Made by a program: the position numbers and the translations under genes. Below are positions 57,701-64,000 of a DNA stretch of 64,000 nt, in pieces (positions within the stretch are counted from its first letter, which is position 1; every line of letters begins with the position of its first letter). Below the pieces are notes generated by a model that had not been told where the DNA came from, did not search any database, and worked only from the letters and a program-made list of their open reading frames with translations. Source of the stretch: Epithemia pelagica. Lineage: Eukaryota; Protista; Bacillariophyta. The DNA lies in contig OX337230.1 of the NCBI GenBank assembly GCA_946965045.2, positions 4,278,001 to 4,342,000 on the forward strand, read 5' to 3'.

Positions 57701-60477
57701 CCACCATCACTGATAAGGGTCTCCATGGCACCACGAAACCGGATGTTATCCTGGAGAGTATTGACAAACTGTTTGGTCGACTTGATCCCATAGATATCAG
57801 TAACCAGAGTATCTCGACCAACAAAGATTTGTGCGACTTTACCGCCATGGTCAACAGCAGGGGTGTCGGAGAAAACCGAGTCAGTAGCAACGGGTTCATG
57901 ACGTCGAGGTATATTAAGGACCGGATTGCGAGCCTTGAAATGTTTCTTGAGGGTGTCGTGGTCAAAAGTAATGCTACCATTACGTGTAGTGTGCTTGAAC
58001 GTATCGGCAATAACATCTTCAGATTGCCAACCAAAGAATGGACGGAACTTCTTCCAGTCATACGCTTCCTGGTAACGACGGTGGACAGAGGCATGAAGTG
58101 TAGGATCATTACCTTCTGCGTCAGCATAGATAGAAAAGAAGGGTGCGTCGTCAGGTCCATGATCATATGGGAGATCCAAAAGGAGATTGAGGTTACAAAC
58201 AACACGATCAGTGTACTCCCCATAGTTGTCATATGGATGGTTCGACATACTACCATCAGTCTTGACGTGTTTCCAATCAGGATCATTGTCAGAGGGTGTG
58301 GGAGAATACGAATGGTCCAGAACACCAGGATCCCATGTGTCGGGTGACGTGAAGATGATCTGAGGTAAGGTATCCATGTCATCGTCGCTGGGGATACCCA
58401 AGGAGTGGATGTAGGCTAACCCATCCTTGATGTGAAGGGGTATGGCACGACCATCAAGTGTAGTGATGCGTTGTTTACCATCAACTTTAACAGATCGTTC
58501 ATCAACAGCAAGTCCGAAATGCTCGAATTGACCAGGAGCATGGATAGATAAGCCCTTCCCATAATAAGCATATTCATTGAAGATGCCGACAATAGGTCCG
58601 TCATTGGTCTCAAACTTTGCGGCACATGTGACGACAGGAAGCCCAGTAAGTTCATGGTTATCAATACCCACAATAGTGATATGACGGCCAGTCTTAGAAA
58701 GGATGCGCATGTCAGAACCAGCAAGTCCTCCATTAGCACCACGGTCAATCAATTGATTCCCTGGTAAAGTAGATTTCCTGGAAAACAGATAGCGTGGGAC
58801 ATGTCCTGCTTGTTTATGCATGTTGGCTTCGAAAGTAACCTTCTTGCTTGTCTTGGACTTGGCGTTAGAAAGAACACTAGTCAGGTCAGTTGCCGGGTGA
58901 TTGATATCAGTCGTCATGGCTTGGTTGATAAATTGTGTAACCGGATCTGAATCATCTGAATGCTCAGGGACTACGCCAGGTGAGTCGTCATCAGATGCAA
59001 CTTGGTTGGGGTCAGGATCAGGTTCCGGATCAATGTCGAGGGCATGTGTTTGCACTGTCCTCGGTGTTGTTGATGAAGGTGCTTGAATCATCTTGTTATA
59101 CTCAATGATCAACTTGCGATCTTCTTCAGAAAGTTTGAACCATAGGTCACGCGGTAGACTAACCTTGGACGAAGAGGATGGAGATTCAGATGTCGCTTTG
59201 GTGTTGTGGACATGATACTCCATATCATCTTGTGAGGTTATGTCAGCATCTGTATCTTGGCCATATAGTGATTCATGTTGTTTGACATGTCGACGGCGAC
59301 TATGAACAGATGACTGGGTTGCTTGATCATGGTCATAAGCTGCGTCTAGAAGGAGACGGAAGTATGATTGATAGCAAAGGGATTTTGCACCGGATTTGGT
59401 GTTCACCACATTATCCAAGATCTTGACTCGGCGGAGATCAGGTACCTTTTCTACAGCTTGCATGAGGAAGGTCATCCTGGTATGATCAGGGATGCGATCA
59501 GACAATGTCACTAAATTGTCTAGCAAACGTAGCTGCTCTTGAAAGTGTAGAAGAAATTGACGTGTTGTTCCGCGCCATGTGTCGTCAAGACGTAGATTGG
59601 AAATGTAGTTGGTTAAGCGGAGGACTTCTCGCTTTGCTAGGTCGGATTCGGTATGCAAAGAGTGTAACTTCTGCAATACGGCACGCGCATCTTCATCATG
59701 TTCATGTTCACGTACATAGGCTCGACCTTGGTCAGTCTGAATGATACGGACAAGAACGGAGTAAAGAAATACTTGTTGCTCTTGAAAAAGTTCTTCGGCA
59801 TACTCATCATCATGGGGTGGTGTGTATTTGAAATTCAGGACGTTGGATAGGCCTTGAGCCTTAGCTGTAGTCTTGAATACACGCCAGAATGAATCGTAGT
59901 ATCGTTCATCCTTGAATACCTCGTATGCAGTTGCGTCGCGCTTAGTTCCCTTTCTGAATGCTGTAAGGTCTTGTTGAGATTGGGATGCGGCAGTAACTGT
60001 GCTGACAGATTTCACAGATGACGGTGACTTCATTGGCGAGACTGGGACTTGACTAGGTGGTCCCTTAGAGAAATCTGTGTTGATCCTCCAAGTGTTGAAC
60101 TCTTTCCTCGTTAGGTTCATCCAGTCGCTATTGGATAGCTCGTCTTGAATTTCATTGGTCTTGTATGTGGCCCAATAAGCCAAGAGCTTGATCTGCTGTC
60201 TTGTGGGGCCTTGTAGATCATGTGTCTGTTTGTTGACCTTGTATTGTGTCAGTTCCTTCATGGATTCCTCGGTATTAGTTTGCATATACGAGATAACATG
60301 GGTAATGTTCTCAAAACCATGGTATTTCATCCACTTCATTAAGTAGTCGGCCCTTTCTTTGGTGAAGAATTGGCAGACAGTAAATATGATGTGGTCGAAT
60401 AGGTCTGTGTCCGAGACATTGTCTTGGTTATCTTCTCCCTTAGGAGTCGTAGGTGTCTTGGGTGATTGAGGATCCAT
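54790..60477 (-). CDS. Gag-Pol polyprotein of the inner element (1895 aa)
   Basis: Single intact ORF. Protease LIDRGANG, integrase ATDSVF/LISDGG/AENRYQ, RT KARLV, ADIGNAY, LYGLKSSG, YVDD, RNase H VDANL, YGSEF, YGDN. Confidence 0.96.
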   Translation of the reverse strand: MDPQSPKTPTTPKGEDNQDNVSDTDLFDHIIFTVCQFFTKERADYLMKWMKYHGFENITHVISYMQTNTEESMKELTQYKVNKQTHDLQGPTRQQIKLLAYWATYKTNEIQDELSNSDWMNLTRKEFNTWRINTDFSKGPPSQVPVSPMKSPSSVKSVSTVTAASQSQQDLTAFRKGTKRDATAYEVFKDERYYDSFWRVFKTTAKAQGLSNVLNFKYTPPHDDEYAEELFQEQQVFLYSVLVRIIQTDQGRAYVREHEHDEDARAVLQKLHSLHTESDLAKREVLRLTNYISNLRLDDTWRGTTRQFLLHFQEQLRLLDNLVTLSDRIPDHTRMTFLMQAVEKVPDLRRVKILDNVVNTKSGAKSLCYQSYFRLLLDAAYDHDQATQSSVHSRRRHVKQHESLYGQDTDADITSQDDMEYHVHNTKATSESPSSSSKVSLPRDLWFKLSEEDRKLIIEYNKMIQAPSSTTPRTVQTHALDIDPEPDPDPNQVASDDDSPGVVPEHSDDSDPVTQFINQAMTTDINHPATDLTSVLSNAKSKTSKKVTFEANMHKQAGHVPRYLFSRKSTLPGNQLIDRGANGGLAGSDMRILSKTGRHITIVGIDNHELTGLPVVTCAAKFETNDGPIVGIFNEYAYYGKGLSIHAPGQFEHFGLAVDERSVKVDGKQRITTLDGRAIPLHIKDGLAYIHSLGIPSDDDMDTLPQIIFTSPDTWDPGVLDHSYSPTPSDNDPDWKHVKTDGSMSNHPYDNYGEYTDRVVCNLNLLLDLPYDHGPDDAPFFSIYADAEGNDPTLHASVHRRYQEAYDWKKFRPFFGWQSEDVIADTFKHTTRNGSITFDHDTLKKHFKARNPVLNIPRRHEPVATDSVFSDTPAVDHGGKVAQIFVGRDTLVTDIYGIKSTKQFVNTLQDNIRFRGAMETLISDGGSSLISQKVKDILRTLLIGEYRSEPYHQHQNKAENRYQTVKRMTNALMNATGCPANTWLLCLEYVCDLLNHTSSPTHSGRTPLEALSGRPPDITHLLFFPFWDEVYYRVDPAEPNSGSYPSSSDEKLGHWVGFAHNVGDSFTWKILTQDNQIIYRSAVRRVESTTPNLRVDRPSGEDSSEKDDNDKQADTVFIRSDSEDPSKPMPTIDFDDMIGRTFLCDTEENGERHRARVIKRVIDLNEEATKQEERVKYIYRKTNSDVDEMISYNQLMEYIERDNQAQTSGDNLFRFRDVIAHQGPLNTTDPDYKGSKYNLLVDWETGETTYEPLSLIANDDPITVAIYGKKHGLLNEPGWKHLKRYVKTSKRLIRAAKQSRIKQVHHSVKYKFGFQVPRNYEEAVALDKQHGNTKWQDATELELSQIQSYKTFKDFGKAIFIKGKVSNAPEGYHKIRVHLVFDVKHDGRHKARLVADGHLTKEPVETIYSGVVSIRNLRIALFLGTLNDLEIWGADIGNAYLEALTGEKIFIVAGPEFKELEGHILIIYKALYGLKSSGARWHDVLFDVLTDMGFSPSKADPDIWMRKAPGEDCYEYIAVYVDDLAIISTDPGNICKILKEKYNFKLKGDGPIDFHLGCCYTKDSDGTFVADPRRYIGKMMDTFERIFKEKPKKAKTPLIGGDHPELDDSELLDEEGTSHFQTLIGQLQWVITIGRFDVFTATMTLSRFRAAPRKGHLDRAKRIYGYLAHLPEGAIRFRIGEPDYSSLPTQEFDWTRTVYSNASERIPEDCPTPLGRYVTTTHYVDANLMHDIVTGKSVTAVLHLLNGTPIDWYSKRQSTVETATYGSEFVAARTAIDQITELRHSLRYLGVPIRERSYLYGDNRSVVLNATVPHSILSKRHHLLSYHRVREAIAAKYVAFYWKDGKTNPADILSKHWDFVSIWPMLKPLLFWKGEVQDLNKSNDDKAETTSCGEC

Positions 60478-60797
60478 GGTGTTATTTGGTTGGTTCGATG
60501 TTTATTTAATGTGCGGTGTGATGTGGTTTATTTAATGTGTGATGTGATGTGAACCCGGATGTACCACGTGTGCCACGTATGTACCACGTATGTGATACCC
60601 GGATGTGTGTTGTGATGTGCGACTCCTGGAAATTTCCGTTGATTTCGACAAATTTTCGCCGAGTTTCAACAAATTTTCGCCGAATTTTCGCGATTTGACG
60701 GGAATGTGTGGCGTGTTGTGCGACCAAGGGTACCCGGATGTGCGTTGAGTTTAAGTCTTGGAAAGGTTTTGAGAGGACGGGAGTTAACTATGAGTAA

Positions 60798-61577
60798 TTA
60801 AGCTTCGGTCTCCGAATCCTCACCCTCTTCCGAATGATCAGAGTCGCTTCCAGGCTCAGATGGGGCAGCACAAGCAACAGAAGAAGGGGAATCACCTTCA
60901 GCCAGGTGGTTCTCGACCTCGGCACGCAAAGGGTAGATAGTTGCACGATGGTCCTCGATGGTATGGACCTCGTGGATGTAGGCAACGTAGTTATCTAGGC
61001 GTACAACGTTAGGAGGCAGAGGGCAAGTCGTCGCGTTCACGACGTGGATGGTATTGTAGTATCCAGTTGGGCGCTCGAAGGTTAGGAAGCGGAGGTGGAC
61101 AGTACGGATGGGGTTGCCCGAGAGGGCGGCAAAGATGAGGCGACGCCTCGGAGAACGATGAAGTTGGTCGTTCAGACGGTCAATGTCTTCTTGGTCGACG
61201 ATGTGGGTCACCGATTGGAACTGGCGTTCGATCTGGGTCTCCCCACGGATGATCTCGGGATCGAAGGTCGAACAAGTTGGTTGGCGGAAGTACTTGATAT
61301 GATCAGCAATCAACCGGGTGGTACGACGGGATCGAGAAGGGACGAGCCGACGAGGCGGACTCGGGGGCCGAAGCAACGGCGCAGGGATTGGAGCGTGAGG
61401 CTGGGTTGGAGTCTCGAATGGGTTGCTGTTGGAACTGTCGACGGAGATGTTGACCGATGTGTTGGCTGCCTTCGGCGTCGGCACCAGTTCCTGCTGCACC
61501 AGGGTATCGGGCTGCCCGGGATGCAGGTTGGCTCGATAGATCTGTCGTACAGGAGTGATAATCTCGTTAGTATCCAT
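60798..61577 (-). CDS. Orphan 259-aa ORF inside the inner element, upstream of gag-pol
   Basis: ATG 36 nt after the 5' LTR, uninterrupted to TAA. Pro-rich N-half, globular-looking middle, acidic C-tail. No family recognised. Confidence 0.65.
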   Translation of the reverse strand: MDTNEIITPVRQIYRANLHPGQPDTLVQQELVPTPKAANTSVNISVDSSNSNPFETPTQPHAPIPAPLLRPPSPPRRLVPSRSRRTTRLIADHIKYFRQPTCSTFDPEIIRGETQIERQFQSVTHIVDQEDIDRLNDQLHRSPRRRLIFAALSGNPIRTVHLRFLTFERPTGYYNTIHVVNATTCPLPPNVVRLDNYVAYIHEVHTIEDHRATIYPLRAEVENHLAEGDSPSSVACAAPSEPGSDSDHSEEGEDSETEA

Positions 61578-61599
61578 GAAACCACAAGGAAATAAGCTT

Positions 61600-61613
61600 T
61601 GAGACTGTTAATC
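61600..61613 (-). promoter_or_regulatory. Putative primer-binding site of the inner element, complementary to a tRNA-Asn(GUU) anticodon arm
   Basis: The plus strand reads TGAGA-CTGTTAA-TC directly against the LTR: an anticodon loop CU-GUU-AA whose flanks pair (GA/TC). No TGG-type PBS is present. Confidence 0.6.
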
Positions 61614-62396
61614 TGTTACAATTCTTTCTGAATCGTAGGGACATTGATGCTCGGTAGAGCAGACAATCAGGTAGGTCACCAACCGATACAAGCTTCTCAG
61701 GGTCAGAGAAGCAAGCAAGTCGAAGTCTATCAGAAGGATAGTCGGGACACAAAAGAGGATGTGATAAATGGTGATATTGTTAGATTGTGTGTTGATTACT
61801 ACGATAGGTCTACGTGAAATGTTCGGTCCTGCCAAGGGTCATGTGTCATAGGTTCTTGGCGGCAACAGGTTTGGAATAGTTGGAGTTGATTCATGTGATG
61901 TATATGACATGTATATGTGGGCGGATAACATATACAGGGTCAACAGCTCTTGCTTTGGGTTGGCATAGTTGTTTTCATGGCGCGCAGCTTGTTGACAATT
62001 TGGAGATTGTGGGAATGGAAATATGGTCTCGCGTGATCGTGTGTCGTGCTTGGGATACTTAGACCGTTGGATCGGATAGATGCCGATAGCGCTCGGATGT
62101 CGCTTGGGCGCGCTCGATGATTTCGGGCGCGTACGCTTAGGGCGTTAGTATAATGTCCGAGCAACGGCCAAATTTATGTCCGTTGTAATACCGCACGACC
62201 CAGTTTAGTCTTGAGAGTGAGTTCGTCAATCTATTCTCACTTTTCATGATTTGCGAAGAAATATAGGTCGATATAGCGCGAAGCTAGGAAACATAGCTCG
62301 AAGCTAGAGGGCATGATGTGATAGCACGAGGCTATGTGACATGGGGAATCGATGAGATGTAGAATCTAACCACCATAGACGGTGAGAATTCTAACA
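61614..62396 (-). repeat. 5' LTR of the inner element
   Basis: Direct repeat of 54013-54795. Confidence 0.97.
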
Positions 62397-62943
62397 GGTT
62401 TGCTCCTGGTGTTGCGAGGTCCAGTGGGATCTTTGCGTTTGATCCATCCTCCAACATGCCCAAATCTCGTGCCCGAGTATTCAGCAGGTTGATGAATAGT
62501 TGGAACCGACTCGGTTCTACATCGAACTTTTCGTAGGTACTAAACAAGGAGCGAGTGGCTTGCTCATAGTATTTTCGGCCTTATTTGGTACTGAAATCCA
62601 ATTGCTGCCCGATTCCGGCTCGGAGTGGGGTCCTTAGGAATGGTCCTGGTCCTCCTCCTCCTGGTGCTCTGTCTCCTGCGCCCCCTGCTGCTACAGCAGC
62701 GGCAGCTGCATTCGCGGCGGCGTTCGCAATAGCTTGCTGGATTGCTTGCGTGGCTGCTCCCAATGCTCCCACGATTGCAGCTGCTTCGGCTCCTAGCGGT
62801 GCTGGTCCTCCGCCTCCGCCTCCGCCTACTGGTGGTGCTCCATCACCACCGCCACCTCCTGGTGCAGGAGCGCCGTCTCCGCCGTCCATTCTTGCTTGCC
62901 TGCGAGTCCGTATCTTGTAATACCCTTCAAATCCTGGTTTCGT

Positions 62944-62959
62944 TAGCGCAGAGGAAGCG
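62944..62959 (-). promoter_or_regulatory. Putative primer-binding site of the outer element, complementary to the D-arm of initiator tRNA-Met
   Basis: The plus strand reads TAGCGCAGAGGAAGCG directly against the LTR. The eukaryotic tRNAi-Met D-arm is TGGCGCAGCGGAAGCG as recalled from animal and plant sequences. Confidence 0.55.
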
Positions 62960-63171
62960 TGTTGAAATCCAACTGTTGTCTCCGTAAAGCTGGATGGGCT
63001 AAAAGAGATGAAATTTAAAGGGGAAAAGAGTATTATAACGTTACGTTGACGGTGTCCCTTGACGATGAGTTGGTGAGTGATTGGTAGGGTACGTCAGGCG
63101 GAAAGTGCCCTTTGATGACGTGTGCGTCCGGGGGATGTCCCCGAAGCACCGGGTGACCCAATATCTTCACA
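62960..63171 (-). repeat. 5' LTR of the outer element (212 bp)
   Basis: Homologous to 48218-48428 with several substitutions and small indels. Confidence 0.9.
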
Positions 63172-63982
63172 TGTGTCAATCGCAATACAACGGGGAGATT
63201 CAGTTTGGCTTGCTGTCAATGTTGTGAGCTGTGTGAAATTGTGTCCGGAGTAGGCGGTCCCTTTTTCTTCACGAAAGCCTTAACGACTCTTTGCAAGTGT
63301 TCCCATTATGCTCTTTGGATTGGTTCGTCGTAGTTATGAGATTTGGTAGTTGCCACCAGCACCAGCATCCATCCATGTTCCTGGAGTGCGCACCAAAAGA
63401 GCGAAGTAGCCAGTGAGGATGGACAAGGAAAGGTGGGTTTGGGTGTTTGGATGGGTCTTGCTGGATAGTTTCTTGAAACGTCTCCGTCTGCTCTTGCGTA
63501 GAGGTGCGAGGCACAACAAACTTTGTGAGGAATCTGACGTGTATCCACATCTTGTTTTTCAAAGAGGAGGGGCACAAGAAGTCTCGATTCCTTTGTCTTT
63601 CGCTCTATTGCCTCATTTCTCATTTCGGATGCAATGTCCCAAACAAGTACACAAGACGCAAAAAGTGTTTGGTCGGAGAGTCATTCGAGCGAGGCACCTT
63701 CAGCCTTTCTTCAAGTACGCAAGACGGAAACGCGAGACACCAAAAGACCCTGGCAACTTTTGTGCCAGTGTCACTCTCCGCCATTTCGTGAGAGCTTTTG
63801 GACAGTCTCGCCTCGCGCGTACGGGGTCGCGTTGCAATAGCGGATTGGATTCGGGTTTCAATCAGTCGTGGTTGTTGCCGTCACCATGGACCATGGAGAT
63901 CACACAAACAATGTAGAACACAATCCACTGATCCACACCGTACGATTGACCGCATTCTTCTTGGCGCTACAGCTACAACATC

Positions 63983-64000
63983 ATGCCCAAAGCAGAAAAG
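63983..64000 (+). CDS. KIN17: Start of the second KIN17 copy (partial, cut by the window end)
   Basis: ATGCCCAAAGCAGAAAAG and its upstream region match 42784 onward. Confidence 0.85.

Larger units (their letters stand above)
54013..62396 (-). mobile_element. Inner Ty1/copia (CoDi-like) LTR retrotransposon, intact and very recent
   Basis: 783-bp LTRs 54013-54795 and 61614-62396 with no difference seen by eye, TG...CA ends, perfect 5-bp TSD GGTTT (54008-54012 and 62397-62401), PPT GTGGGGAG. Confidence 0.97.
52995..62889 (-). pseudogene. gag of the outer element, split by the inner element (62889-62397 and 54007-52995)
   Basis: The frame rejoins across the TSD as PGANQVDLINDYGRVTL. Gly/Ala-rich N-terminus, DFSTK*GRKYY motif with TAA at 62581-62583, W-N-G-x-K-W-Y-W-C...W-R-T-H motif, TAG at 53034-53036. 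Confidence 0.85.
48218..63171 (-). mobile_element. Outer Ty1/copia (CoDi-like) LTR retrotransposon, defective, with a nested insertion
   Basis: LTRs 62960-63171 and 48218-48569 (TG...CA). PPT GAGAGGGAG next to 48570. Imperfect flanking duplication TGTTTC/TGTGTC. Domain order gag-PR-INT-RT-RH. Confidence 0.93.
45303..64000. repeat. Tandem segmental duplication, unit 2 (interrupted by the retroelement nest; continues past the window)
   Basis: 45303-48217 matches 39304-41978 and 63172-64000 matches about 41973-42800, with scattered substitutions and indels. Confidence 0.82.

Noticed and set aside
61095-61595. 166-aa plus-strand ORF antisense to the orphan ORF
   Set aside because: Mostly overlaps the longer sense ORF and has no independent support. 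The sense ORF has the better position and start context.
13895-62583. Genome-wide TAA/TAG-to-Gln code reassignment
   Set aside because: GCDH and ThrRS end in TAG and KIN17 in TAA at their expected C-termini. Long genes use CAA/CAG throughout, and TGA and Tyr-site stops also occur.
62581-62889. 102-aa Gly/Ala/Pro-rich ORF as a separate gene
   Set aside because: It is the Gag N-terminus of the outer element. The frame continues past a single TAA into Gag motifs.

Overview
Eukaryotic nuclear DNA, most likely from a diatom. This is inferred from a single-domain EukCatA channel, diatom-type (CoDi) Ty1/copia elements, short GT-AG introns and low-complexity Q/T/S tracts. Bases 1-36000 carry intact housekeeping and signalling genes: glutaryl-CoA dehydrogenase, EukCatA, an F-box/ankyrin protein, a CDPK and cytosolic threonyl-tRNA synthetase. 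These alternate with damaged accessory genes: a bacterial-type M12A metalloprotease, a GDH-like relic and a STAND NTPase. The same stretch holds a ~103-bp-arm fold-back hairpin and an inverted-repeat cassette. Bases 36000-48200 hold three ferric reductase/NADPH oxidase paralogues, KIN17 and a truncated FN3-thioredoxin gene. Two of the reductases lie in a ~6-kb tandem duplication (unit 39304-45302; second copy from 45303 past the window end). The second copy is split by a 15-kb nest of two minus-strand copia elements. The older, defective outer element (48218-63171) sits 31 bp upstream of the third reductase ATG. The very young inner element (54013-62396; LTRs that look identical, TSD GGTTT) is inserted in the outer element's gag. 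The most unusual signals are in these retroelements. The inner element has an orphan 259-aa ORF ahead of gag-pol, a Tudor-like plus chromo-like integrase tail and a primer-binding site matching a tRNA-Asn anticodon arm. The outer element has a primer-binding site matching the D-arm of initiator tRNA-Met and an in-frame gag-UGA-CGG-pol junction followed by a long hydrophobic segment. All family assignments come from motif recognition by eye; no database searches were run.
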